Source: Prorocentrum cordatum (taxonomy: Eukaryota). Taken from it: 64,000 nucleotides of DNA. A program made the position numbers and the translations under genes. The notes below the pieces were generated by a model that worked only from the letters and a program-made list of their open reading frames with translations, was not told where the DNA came from and searched no databases. This document shows positions 34,176 through 47,135 of this stretch, piece by piece. The DNA lies in NCBI GenBank assembly GCA_963575745.1, contig CAUYUJ010000225.1, positions 930,001 to 994,000 on the forward strand, written 5' to 3'. How positions within the stretch are numbered: the stretch's first letter is position 1; each line of letters begins with the position of its first letter.

Positions 34176-35322
34176 CTCGCGGGCTGCAGTAGCAAGAGCT
34201 ATCGACCCACGAACTTTCCCTCTCACCTGGCCATGGTCCGTCCTACTCTGTTCCTTCCCCAAACAATGCGTGCACCTAGGGGGCTTACTTTTCCCCGAGA
34301 GACGTGGGCATGGTTGGCGGTTCCGCAGCCTCGTTGCGGCCTGTCACCGCCCGTCGCTGCCCGTCGCCGCCCCTCGTCTGTTGAACATCGATTGCACCAC
34401 ATAGATGGCTTACACTGTAAGATGGATTGCACCGCATCGAGTCCACCACAATAAATTGTTTAGCATAGCTTGCACCACATAGATTGCACCGCATATATTG
34501 CATCACTGAGATTGTTCCGCATAGCTTACACCGCATGCATGGAGTCCATGCTGGCCAAAATTTCATTGTCAATCGACGCCCCCCTGTGGAGACGGAGACC
34601 GTCTCCGCGCGATCCGCAGGAACGTATCGGCGCCAACGGACGCAAGGGTTCCTCCTAGAAACATCCAGCACCCCGAAAGTTCTAGGGGGAATGGGCCTTG
34701 GTGTTGCCACCCCTGGACTATCCTCCGCACGACCTCTCTCCTCCCCTCCACCCGCATCCCATAATCCTCGTCCCTCTGGCCCGCCCCCTCCCCCTCCTCC
34801 TCTTCCTCCTCCTCCTCCTCCTCCAGTTCCTCCTCCTCCTCCTCCTCCTCCTCCTCCTCCTCCTCCTCCTCCTCCTCCCTCTCCTGCTCCTCTGCCTCAT
34901 CCTCACCCTCGCCCTCCATCCTCCATTAACCCTCGATCATCCCCCTAACCTCCATTCTCGATCCAACGTCGAACCTCGATCCTCGATCCTCGAACGAACC
35001 TCGACCCTCAGTCCTCGATAGAACCTCCATCCTCGATCTTCGATCCCCCTCACACCTCGACCTTCGATCGTCGGTCGAGCCTCCATCCGCGATCCTCCGT
35101 CAAACCTCGATCTTCGAAGGAATCTCAATCCTCGACCGTCAATCGAACCTCGATCCTCGTCCTTGATCGCACCTCCATCCAAGATCCTCGCACGACCTTC
35201 CTCCTCCCTTCCACCCTGCACCCCTCAATCCTCGTACCCCTGCTCCAGTTCCCTCCACCTCCTCCTCCTCCTCCTCCTCCTCCAGCTCCTCCTGCTCCTC
35301 CTGCTCCTCATCCTCATCCTCA

Positions 35323-35355
<33 letters not shown>

Positions 35356-35769
35356 CCGTGTCCTCGTCCTCGTCCTCATTATGCTCCTCTTCCTCCTCCC
35401 CCTCCTCCTCCTCCTCCTCCTCCTCATCATCCTCCTCCTCCTCCTCGTCTCACTCCTCCCCTCATCACTCCACTCACGTCCCTTGATGAGGCGTTGGACG
35501 TAAGATGGAAACGTCGAAAATACTCAATCCCAAACGTCTGTTCCACCAGAAATATGTCTTCCCTTCCTAAGCATATCAGGATCGACCTGCCCTCCCCCAG
35601 ACTTAATGGTCCGCCTGTTCGTATTGCAATGTGCTGATGATTCTGCTCCGTCACCTGCCTAAATAAGAGCCCGTACCATCCGAGGCAGTCCAATATCGTT
35701 CCCCCTGTCATCCCCTTCAGCAACAAACTATGCGGGTACATTCGTCTATCAGAAATCATAATTTTGAAG

Positions 35770-38739
35770 CAAAAATCCAACAAACGAGACGAAATGCGCA
35801 CGCCCGCATCGTCGCGAGCGCGCAAGCCAAGATCCGGCAAATACCCCTCTAGGTTTGGTCAGGTTTTCAACGCATGTTGGTTTCGCAGCTGGAGTTTTCA
35901 AAAAAGCCTGCGCTCGCGCTGCGGCTAGCAAACAAAACCACTGTTTGTCAAATTGTTCATCACATGCTTCCAAACGTGCCTGTTGCGCGCGCCCGTGTTG
36001 AAATCCTTCGAACGCCCTTGCGAGCGTACTCTCGCAAGAACCCATCGCACAAACAAACATTACGAAATACACACACGCGCGCCGTCGCGCGCGCATGCCG
36101 GAATCCGTGAACAAAAAAACGTGGGGTGTCGAAAGGATCTCAAAATCGAAAATCCCGGAGACATGTGTGAACAAAACACATGATTTTGCAACATCAATTT
36201 TTGGGGAGGAAACCGATGCGCGCTATTGCGATTGACAATCATCGGTATTTCAACATGCTCATCACATTCGACCAAGCGGGCCTCCCGCGCGCATGTTGGA
36301 TTAATTCATTCTAACGCCCTTGCGCGCGTGCGGGGGGCACGATCCACGTCAATTAACACCACGCGGGCCATTCGCGCGCGTCGGCCGCGCGCGCATGTTG
36401 AACTCCTTCCTTCCAAAACCTTCGTCACCGACGCGAAAACACCGTCATCGTCGTCGGCGTGACCAGCATCAGCGCCGTCATTGGCCTTGCCGTCGTCATC
36501 GTCATCGTCGTCACCAGCGTCGCTACTATCATCATCCTGCCTGCAAATGTCGACGTGGCCATGATACCGCGCCCGCCCGAATCACGGACTCGCAGTGAAG
36601 TAAATGCCCAACAGTCAGCGCCACCGCGGCCGCGTCGGTCGCGCCAAATTTGTTGGCCGCTGTGCGCGCGAGCATGCACAGGCTAGCGCGGCCGCCGAGA
36701 TGCACCAGACACCGAGCACCCATCGCAACTGCCGCCGCATGGGTTTTACAAACCAAGTTGCTGTTGGATGGGTGGAACGATTGCGCCAACAATTGAGTTG
36801 ACACTTCCCGGTTTTTCAAAATATGCTGCACCACATTGACTGCACCAAATATACCGTCCCACGCAAACTGCAAAATATAGACAGCTCTTCTCTGAAAGAA
36901 AGGAGGATCTGCCACCCCTCCGAAGCTGGGATTGTCGACCCACCCATGGGAATGAGCAGTTTACATGCGACTCTGCCCCATCGTTTCTTCCAATAATGAA
37001 ATCAGACTATCCCAACCAAAACGGTTTCGACCCCTCCACCACCATGTCCTGGAACAAAATATGCGAGCGCACCCGTTCATCAAAATCCATTACAAAAAAA
37101 CGAAACGAAGTGCACACGCGCCCGTCGTCGCATGCGCATGCCGAGATCTTTCACAAACCGCAGATATCGCAAGGAGTTCAAAAGTCCTGGAGACATATAA
37201 CAAAACATGGTTGCGCAACGTGATGTTGCACACACAATCTGCAAGCGCGCTCTCGGAAATTATACGGGAAGCCATTGGTTATGCAACATGTTCATCGCAT
37301 GCGACCAATCGGACTTTTCGCGCGCGCATGTGCGCGTGCTTGGGGGGCGCGATCTCCTTCAAATGATACCATGCGGGCCACTCGCGCCAGTCGGCCGCGC
37401 GCGCATGTCGAAATCTCTCCAGAACCTTCATCAAGGACACGTCGACACCATCATCGTCATCGGCATGAGCAGCATCGGCGCCGTCTTTGGTCTTGCCGTC
37501 GTCATCGTCATCGTCGTCGCCAGCGTCGCTGCTGTCGTCATCGTGCCTGCAAGTGTCGACGTCGGCGTGATACCGCGCCCGACCGAATCAGGGACTGCCA
37601 GTGAAGTGCCCGCGCGCGAGCGCCGCCTGCGAGACGCGCTGGTAAGTGCCTAGCGGTCAGCGCCACCGCGGCCGCGACGGTCGCGCCAGACTGGCTGGCC
37701 GCTGTGCGCGCGAGCCTGCCCGCGCTAGCGCGGCCGCGGCAAGGCGCTGGCCAACGCCAAGCAGTCATGGCAATCGCCGCTGCACGGGCTGCGCAAGCAA
37801 GCCAAGTTGCGGGTGGGTGGGTGGGATGAATGCGCGAGCGGCGGAGTTGACAATTTCAAGCTCGGCAGGGTAAATTCTCCTTTTTAAGAAAACAATAGAC
37901 TCTAACCCCCCCTGGCGTTATCCGCCCCCCTTTCGGGTACGTGAATCATAAATGATTATGACCACATGTCCATCCTAAATATGAATTTGCACTATCACAG
38001 GGGGACGGTATCGGTTCCCCTGAGGTTCCCTTGTAAAAAACGATACGCGGGGACATCTTTTGTTCTAACATGGCACTGTTTCGCGAATCCCTTGCAAAAA
38101 ACCGGGGCGAAGTGCACACGCGCGCGTCGTCGCGCGCGCATGCCGAAATCCTCCTAAAACCTTCGGTGTCGGAAGGAATTGGCAATCGAGTGTCCAAAAA
38201 ACATACAAAAACACAGGGTTTCGCAACACTGATTTGGTAAAAATGCTTACGCGCGAGCTCTTGCGAAATCTTAAGAAAACCATAGGTTTTTCAAGAAACG
38301 GGCTTCGCGCGCGCGCAAGTCGAAATCTGTCGAACGCCCTTGCGCGCGTGCCGTCGCGAGAATCCTCTGCAAAAAAAGACGAAGCGCAGACGCGCGCGTC
38401 GTCGCGCGCGTATGCCGAAATCCTTCAAAACCCATCGGCTTCGGAAGGAGTTCAACATCGTGTGCCAAAAAACCTACAAACACACAAGGCTTCGCAACAC
38501 GGATTTCCAACAAAAGCGTGCGTGCGCGCTCTTGCGTCGTCGTCGTCGTCGCCGTCCTCCCTCCTCCTGCGTCGTCGTCGTCGCCTACGTCGTCGTCTGT
38601 CTTTCCTCGTGTTCGGCGTCGTCGTCCTCTTTGGCGTCGTGGTCGTTTCCGTCGTCGTTGTCGCCGTGGTCGCCCTTCCTCCTCCTCCCTCGTCGCCGTC
38701 GTCGTCCGTCGTCGGCGTCTCGTCGTCGTCCCTCCTATT

Positions 38740-38773
<34 letters not shown>

Positions 38774-39062
38774 CGTTGTCGTCGTCGTCGTCTTCCCTCC
38801 TCCCTCGTCGTTGTCGCCGTCGGCGTCGCCGTCCTTCCTCCTTCTTCGTCGTTCGCGTCGTCGCCGTCCTCCCTCCTCCCTCGTCGTTGTCGTCGTTGTC
38901 GTCGTTGTCGCCGTCGTCGTCCTCCCTCCTCCCTCGTCGTCGTCTTCGTTGGCGACGTCGTCGTCGTCGTCGTTGGCGTCGGCGTCGTCGTCGTCTTCGT
39001 CGTCGTCGACGTCGGCGTCGTCGTCGTCGCCGTTGTCGTCGTCGTCGGCGTCGTTGACGTCG

Positions 39063-39098
<36 letters not shown>

Positions 39099-39137
39099 TC
39101 GTCGTCGTCGTTGTCATCGTCGTCGTCGTCGGCGTCG

Positions 39138-39186
<49 letters not shown>

Positions 39187-39400
39187 TGTCGGCGTCGTCG
39201 AAGTCGTTGGAGACGTCGTCGGTGTCGTCGTAGTCGTTGTCGGCGGCGTCGTCGTCGTTGTCGCTGTCGTCGTCGGCGTCGCTGTCGTTGGCAAGTGCCA
39301 TGTGGTACCTACCGTCACGGTCTTGTCTTAAGAAGTCTTGCGACCAAGTTGCGGGTGGGTGGGTGGGATGTTTGCGCGAGCAGTGGAGGTGGTCAGGCGC
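35770..39400. repeat. Diverged ~1-kb repeat array with gcgcgc-rich subunits; (CGT)n expansion at 38535-39290
   Basis: 36440-36600 matches 37448-37608. ccaagttgc...gggtgg occurs at ~36754, ~37802 and ~39344. Confidence 0.75.
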
Positions 39401-41554
39401 GGTGCAGGGTAGTCAATTTCACCACATAGAATGCTCCACCTGGATTACACAACATAAACGGCTAGGAACATACTGTCTGGGGCCCACGCTGGCTGACATA
39501 TGCACACACGCATATCCGTCATAAGATGTTTCCATGCCCAATGGTGTTGTGATCTTCCCCTCCCCCACTGGCCACTAGCTGGTCTTCCCTACCCTCGTCC
39601 TCAACCTCCTCCTCCTCCGCCTCCTCCCCCTCGTCCTCCTCCTCTTCCTCCTCCTTCCCTCCTCCACCTCCTCCTCCTCCTCCTCCTCCTCCGCCTCTTC
39701 CCCCTCGTGCTCGTCTCCCTCTCATCATCCTGCTCCTCCCGCTTCTCGTCCGCCCCGCCGTTCTTGGCTGGCGGGGCCTGGCCAATGACTCGAGGATGAC
39801 CGCGGGCAGCTCCCGGCGGATGAGCCGGAGGTGAAGGGGCCCCAGGACACACAAATAAATACACACAAATCATACTTTCCTATTTTTTCTGGGGTTCTGT
39901 CTTCCCCCCCACTTCCCATATTTTCCCATATTTTCTGGGGAATCGAGGATTAATTGTGTCTGTGTGTTTCTTTTCCTCTTGAGGAGGGGCGGTCGGTGCC
40001 GCCCGGCCCTCCGAGGCGAAGCAGTGAATGGAAGGGCGCCCGTCCGAGTGGTGCCCTGTTTACCGCCGGGAACTTTTGCTTAGCGTGTCGCGGCGGCGGC
40101 CCCGGCGACACGCTATGCCCTACGAGTGGATAGCGCGTCGCTCCAATCCGCGGGACGGGAAGCTCGAAAAAGCTCGGGACGCTGGCTCCTCGGGACCATG
40201 AAAGGGATAGCTTGTCACACCGAGACGCGGTAGATCAGAACTGGCGAAGCGACACGCTATCCAAAAGTTCCCAGCTCTCGGGTGCACCTCGGGACCCAGG
40301 CCCCTCCGCCGCCGTGTTTTGTTCAATGTGGACCCCCAGGGGTCTAGACTGCTTCCCGGGAGCAGATGTTTCGCCCCGAGTCGGCATGGCAAGGGTCCCC
40401 AGAGGCCAAACAACAAAGAAAGCACAAACAACGAACTAAAAACTTCCGACGGGAGGGGGTAGGCTGTGGTGGGCTGGGCTTGTCCCTTCCTCCCTGTTTC
40501 TCCTCCCCACCTCCTCTCCCCCCTTCTGTTATCCTCTCCTGGTCGTGGCCGTGGCCCGCCCGCCCGCTGGGGTCGGGGGCCAACGGCCTGCCTGGCGCCG
40601 TGACGGCGCACAAGGCGAAGGCCCACTGTTTGTTTCGACGGGCTGCGGAGCCCCGCCTGCGTCTGGCAAGCGCCCGTCGCTTTCTGTCGACGGCCTCTGG
40701 AGCCTCGTGGGCGCCATCCTCAGTGTGGAGCTCTCTTCGCCCGCCTTCCGCTTCTGCTTCACCCCCGCCCGTCGGAGCTGCCCCGCGGGGGCAGCAGGCG
40801 GACCGAGCCCGCGGGGAGGGCGCCCGCCCTCCACTGCCGGGCCCCCCTCCGCTGCGGCACTGCCCCGACTGCCCGGGTCGCGCACCCTGCCCCCGCGGAA
40901 GGCCACCGCCCAACCGGCCCCTCCGCCTCTGGCCTCTGGCGACCTTCGCAGGGCCTCTGGAGGCCTCCGAGGGCCTCCCGGAAACGCCTGCGGAGGCCTC
41001 CCACCAAGGCCCTCCTCCAGAACCAGCTGGGCCCGGCACTGGAAGACGATGCCGTGCACGGGCGGCCCGACCACGGCGACGGCGCTGGCGCCCGCAGCGG
41101 CGGCCCCAGCCATCGCGCGCGTTCGCGCTCGTGCCTCCCTCCCCCCGTCGGCTACACGCAAGAGTGACTCCAGGCAAGAGTGCCGCTTGGCACCTGTGGC
41201 GCGCGGCCGGCCAGCCACTTCGAGGTAGCAGTGGCCCCCTGCGGTCTGCTGTTCGGGCACCCCCGCCCCCAAAACTCCGACGTCGTGTTTTTCTCACGAC
41301 GTCGATCCCCCCAGCGGTAGAGAGAGGCTTGCCACACGCGGTCCGAGAAAATGGGTCGGGGGAGCGCGCCGCATCGCCGATGCATCGGCGACGTGGGCGA
41401 CGCACCGCCGCCGCTGGCGTGGAGAACGGCGATGCATCGCCGTCCCTGGCGTGGAAAAAATCTGATAAATGAGCCTGGCGAAAGATTCAACCATCATTAG
41501 GCAGTTGTGAGCACCGTCGCTGTAATTATGCACCGAGTTCGGAGGAGCTCCTTG

Positions 41555-42075
41555 TAGGGCCACGATACGTGTGAGAGGTGTGCCGATATTTTTCCACCCA
41601 ATTGGGCCGTTGGTGGAATTCCCTATGGGGCCACGAAACGCGTGAGAGGTGTGCCGAATAGGTGCGGTGGGCGCATGCGAACGCAGCCACTGGGGCCGTG
41701 CCGAAATGGGTGCGGTGGGCGCATGCGAACGCAGCCACTGGCGCCTTCGGTGGAGCTCCCTATGGGGCCGGGGCCTTCGGTGGAGCTCATGGGGGCATGA
41801 AACGTGTGAGAGGTGTGCCGAAACCGGTGTGGGTGACGCATGCGGGCGGTGGCACTGGGGCCTTCGGTGGAGCTCCATATGGGGCCACGAAGCGTGAAGG
41901 GTGTAACGAAATGGGTGTGGGTGACGCATGCGGGCGGTGGCTCTGGGGCCTTCGGTGGAGCTCCCTATGGGGCCACGATACGTGAAGGGTGTAACGAAAT
42001 AGGTGTGGGTGACGCATGCGGGCGGTGGCACTGGGGCCTTCGGTGGAGCTCCCTATGGGACCACGAAACGCTGTA
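41555..42075. repeat. ~85-90-bp tandem repeat (ggggccttcggtggagctccctatggggccacga family); related copies at 4370-4670 and ~1765-1810
   Basis: The motif recurs about six times. Confidence 0.85.
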
Positions 42076-42266
42076 CTGGGTGGGTGAAACGCAAGGAGGA
42101 GGAGGAGGAGGGGGGGAGGAGGGGGAGGAGGAGGAGGAGGGAGGAGGGGGAGGGAGGAGGAAGGTAGGAAGGAAGGAAAGAAGGAAGGAGGAGACGCGGG
42201 GCGCTGTCTCCTCAAAACGAGGACTCAACACCACAGGATGGTTGGGAAAAATCGATGGGTCAAATC

Positions 42267-42269
<3 letters not shown>

Positions 42270-42337
<68 letters not shown>
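42270..42337. repeat. (TA)n microsatellite
   Basis: Seen directly. A second tract lies at ~49200-49255. Confidence 0.95.
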
Positions 42338-42799
42338 CAAGAAAAAACGAGCCGCATCACAGATGTATCGCCGATGCGGCGAGACCCGCCAGCCCCATCT
42401 ACTTCGACCCCATTCGGGCAGCCTAGAAGAAAACTGGACCCCTTCCCCTGGACCAGTTTTCCATCCCGGGTGGATTTTCCCCGGTACCGAAATCCAGCGA
42501 GCGCCCCTGGATGCTAAAAACGGCCAAAAACCTCCCGTCGCAATCTTCCCGCAACGACAGGAAGAGCGTGTTTTCTACGATTCGCGATGGCGGCCACTAC
42601 CGGGGACGCCCCCCCCCCTTCCCCCCCCACCACCTGAGAACGCCACGGTTCGCGCTGGCGCCGTTTGGGAATTGCTACGGGTGGCTAACGCCAAGAACCG
42701 CAAACGAACGAAGAAACCGTGCCATGACGGCACCTCGGCTGCAGTGCACATGATGCGTGGAACAGAGAGAACGGCGGGGCTGACGCAAAGTGGCCTACC

Positions 42800-45700
42800 A
42801 GTCTGAGAGCCGCTACCATTCCACAGCGTTGCTGCGAGCCTGTTTTCGTCCTGCTGCGCAGCGCTCAGTGCATGCGCCATGCCCCTCTGGCCCCGCGACA
42901 CCCTTGGGCGCCCTCGTTTTCGAGCGCCCCCCGGACGTGCCAACATTGTGGATGAAGGCCGAAATCCTGAGCGTCGTGCGAAAGATTCGTTGGGCAGCAT
43001 GGCCACGCACCCCAAAAAACACATCCGTTCGGCAATTACCTGGTCTGCCAGGGGGCACGACGACGCTGCATTCAGAACCTCCTGGCTGGGCACCCGGGAC
43101 ATCCTCGGACGCGGGATGTCCCATATTTTTCCGCTGACATCGCACACTAAACAAACTCAAGCGAGAAAGCTTTGCCTTATTCAATCATTCCGTCTCCAAG
43201 CTGTTGAGTAATTCTGCGACGACACACGCTCGTATACGCGTTGCTTCCTTGCCCGGCTCCGCGATGAATGGATCCATGTCTTCTTCAGGGGCGCAAGGGA
43301 ATTGCGCGCCTCGCGTGCCCTGCGCGACACGGCGCACCTGACGCTGCCGCTGGTGGTGAGCAGACCTCCCAAATAGATGCGCTGCTTTGCCTTCGGAATG
43401 GGCTGGCCGTTCGGATCGCAGATGGGTGGCGGATCTCCAGCCTACAGAACTACGCTCTAATCCAAATTAGGCAACAATCCATACGAAGCGGCCCGCGAGA
43501 GCAGGCTCTCGTGGGCGCGCTGCAAACAAGCGGACGACTGGCAGATCATCACTGCATCGTCTGCGTACTCGACGTCATCTGCCGGGCTGCCCGCGCGCCC
43601 CCAATTCACGCCCTCCAGACTGACAAAACAATGAGGAACAGGTTTGGTGAGAGCACGCAGCCTTGGGCAATGCCAGCGGACGAGCACCAGCGCCCTTTGC
43701 CGAGTCGCGCGCGGTGAAGGTTCCGCGCCGGCAGATGGATGCAAGCATGTCCACGCACTCCTCAGGTAAGCCAAGCTAGCGCAGCGCCAGTTGCATAGCG
43801 CCAGGGCCGATACGATCGAAAACCGTGGACCAGTCAAGCCTCGACGCTGTCAGTTCTTCACTCTTGAGATCCTGCGCGGCGCCCAGCACCCGCTGCACGG
43901 CGAGGGCGGCCAGGCCTGCGCCACGGCCACGCCGGAAGCCAAACTGATTGTCCCTGAGCCAGCCCTCCACTTTTCCAATTCTCAGTCGCTGCAGGATGAG
44001 GCTCGCAAGCACCTTGGATCCAACTGCCAATAGACACACTGGGCGGTAGTTGTTTGAAGGCAAGACGGGGTCACCTTTCTTGAAATGCGTGGTGACAGAG
44101 AAAAGCGACCAGTGCTCCAGAATAGACTTCGCAATCCAACACTGGTAACTCAAACACAGCAATGTCGCGGGCGTCCGCGCCCCGGCTCAGCACGGCCCAA
44201 AAATCGGGCAGCAAGTTGTCAGGCCCACTTGCTCGGCGTCTCCGCAACCTCGCCAAGACTGGCTTGAGCCCCGCTGTCAAGAACTCTTCGCAGGGCATGC
44301 CCAGCGTTGCCCAAAAATTCGGCCCCCGCGGCACGTCGACACCTGCGCCCGGGTCACGCTGCCATTGAACGCTCTGCAAGCACGTCGCCAATATTTCTGC
44401 CAACTCGCTGGAATCCACCAAGTCGCCAGCCGAATTGCGCAGTCTGCCTTGTCGCTGGCTGGCAGACCCCTTCCGAAAGCGCTCGATTGCAGGCCGGCCG
44501 CCCTGCGCCAAGTCTGCTTTCCAACTATGTTGCCCAGTCATTCGCGGCGGCTGATTTGACCTGCTTGTCCAGCGAAGCCCGAGGCCTCCAGCGAGAGGTG
44601 CCCCTGCGCCCACGCGTTGTTCCGCGGCTCGATGAGGTCCAGCGCGGCCGCTCGAATCCAAAGCCATTTTGCCCGAATTGGGCGAACGTGCAACGCCGCA
44701 TCTGCAGCGGCCTCCATGTTGGACCGCACTTTCTCCGCCAGTGTATCGATGCAGCCGCCTTCAGCGCCGCATAAGATGTCCAGTCCCAACTCGCCAAAAC
44801 AATCGCACGAATTCTTCGCCACTGCTCCTTCCCCGAAGCTCCTGCTGCCCCGCGTCTCCTGGGATTCCCTGGGAAGCTGCGTCGAGATGTGCGCGCCTAG
44901 GCCTGCGATGAGAACGACATGATGCGACTGCAGGGCAATGTCCCGCCTGCTCCGGACTGCGCGAATAATTCCTCGCCGCGTTTCAGGTACATATGAGCAA
45001 ACTTGCTTCCCGTGGTCTCGTCCACAGGGCGTGTGGATATGTCGCAATGCGTGACTTGATGGTGAGTGGGGCGCTCGTGGAAGGTGCTCGTCACGACCAT
45101 ATTCATAGACCTGCACGTTTCCTCCAGGAGCTCCCGATTGCTCGCAACATCTATATGTGCTTCGGGATTGCCGTAAACGCAAGGCCCCAAAACGTCGCGC
45201 TCCCCAGCGCATCGACAATTGTACCGTGAACCTTGGAATTCTGTACAATGTATTCCAAATCATTGAAGAAATTCTGGCGTTCCTCAACCGGGCGCCCGTT
45301 GTGAGAGGCATAGCCGGTAATGAAGCAGATTTGCCCCCCTTCGACTCGGACCCGCATGCTCGCTAACCTGGGGCTGTGTTGCGTGAAACCCAACACGGTC
45401 AATCGAACGCGAGGAGACACCAAAAAACCTACTCCAGCATGCCCTCTCGCATTCGAACGCCCGCCAGATAGAACGACAAACAAATCGTCGTGCAGCAATG
45501 ATGCTGAAACAGCCAAGTGCGTTTCTTGGAGTCCCAGCACATCTATATTCTGCGCATCTATAACCAGCTCCATATGTTCCAACGTTGTTTCGTCCGTCCA
45601 CTTCTCGTGTGAAAGACCCACAACGTTACACGAAGCGAACCACCCCATGCAGATCTCTGAAGATACGTTTTGGGGGTACTCTGCTCGGGAATCGCCTTGG

Positions 45701-46960
45701 GCAGTTCAGTCGTTTTTGAAAACGGTCAGGGAAAGCATTCGGTGGCCAGGGCAAGGTTGGTGAAACCTCCAGGGCGATCGCATGAATACCTGCTTCACAA
45801 CTTGGGGAAACAAGTGATGCGCAAAACTCCCCTGGATGTGAAACGCCAATGCGCCGTCCGAGTTCCTAGTGATGGGGAAACTTTGGCTTACCTTCCCCGG
45901 CGTTTTTCCCAGCGTTTCGTAAAAGTTTGTTCTGGCCGGCCTTGAGGATCTTTTCCCAATCCGCGCTGCTAAGGTACCCCTCCCACCCGGCATCGGACTC
46001 ACCCTTGAGGGCCCCCTCCTCTACGACAGCCGCCAGGACCGTCTCGTCGCCCACGTGCAAGGTGAAGGTTTCCTCGTCCACACATATGAAAGACTTCACG
46101 GATCACCATTCTGAGAGCACCCGTTTCGCTCCGACGGGCAGCTAGCTCTTCTTTTGGCCCAGGCCCGCTTTCCGTCAGCTGTCTCGTGTTCCAGGCTCCT
46201 GATCGTCGCAACTGCTGCGTCGCGACCTTCTTCTTTAGGGAATTGTGCGAACAACAGCCCTTGGAATCCCCTTTCTCAAAGTACTCGAAAGCTGGCGTAG
46301 AATATCCCTCCAACAATCGGTTTTCCATCCACTTGGATGCTGATCACTCGTCCCCCATACCTTCCAAACCTTCCAAACCTCCAACAAACTGCAATCAATT
46401 TGGTATCCTCGGTCCCATTTTTCATGAGGGCGCGCATCTGGGCTTCCAGCTGACAATCCGATTCTGCAAATCCCGCTGGAGTTTGCTGTCCTGCGGGTTC
46501 CCGCCCTTCCTCCCCCCTGGGCCCACAGTCGCCTCGAAGGTCTGCAGGTCGTCACTCACAGCCTGAATCTTGTTCATGAGGTCATTGCTCTTCTCCTCCA
46601 TCCCCTCCCGTATATTGTCCATGTTCGACTCCACTCTTGCCACGTCGTCTTTGAGCCCCCGGACTGTGTCCAAGACTGGCCGGAGTCGTTCATCACACCT
46701 CTTGCCCCAGAGCTCTGCGATGGAACTGAGAGCGAACGGCTGTTGAGCTGCATCTGGAGGTGCAGAAGGCGTGGTAGCCGGCGGTGTCGCCTCTTCCTCG
46801 CCCTTGTCCCCGGCATTGTCCCCGTCCATGGTGAGCAGCGGGCTGAACAGCCGCTGTCGAACGCCTCGTTCGCCTCGCAGGGGCGCGCCTGGCTGCCGCG
46901 TGCAAGGCCGGCTCCCAGCGCTGGCGCCGTCTGCCACTGCGCGCGGCCAGGAGCGAGGGA
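42800..46960 (-). mobile_element. Degenerate non-LTR retrotransposon (LINE): ORF1 + APE endonuclease-RT ORF2
   Basis: ORF1 coiled coil (46422-46830). APE FASCNVVGL, DVLGLQETH, GVGFLV (45150-45650). RT ASGPD, KKGD...NYRPVCLL, QFGFRRGRG, EYADD (~43560). C-terminal ARKRGRPR. Many frameshifts. Confidence 0.85.
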
Positions 46961-46991
46961 GAGAGAGAGTGAGAGAGCGAAAGATGATAGA

Positions 46992-47135
46992 CGAGCGCGT
47001 TCCACTACTTGCCAAGTAACTACTCGCAAATGGCCTGGATCCGCCGCGGGGGATCTACGATAAATCACATCGAAGCAGACATGTGCTGTTCGGGCGTTTG
47101 CGAGTAGGGACTTTGCGAGTAGTGGAACGCGCTCG
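46992..47135. mobile_element. 144-bp MITE with ~40-bp TIRs
   Basis: cgagcgcgttccactacttgccaagtaactactcgcaaa vs the reverse complement of tttgcgagtagggactttgcgagtagtggaacgcgctcg. Confidence 0.75.

Noticed and set aside
33834..34404. (EAAN)n or Ala-rich antifreeze-like protein
   Set aside because: A 12-bp minisatellite open on both strands, with no supporting gene structure.
38234..39331. Poly-Val, poly-Thr and poly-Asp ORFs
   Set aside because: (CGT)n microsatellite expansion.
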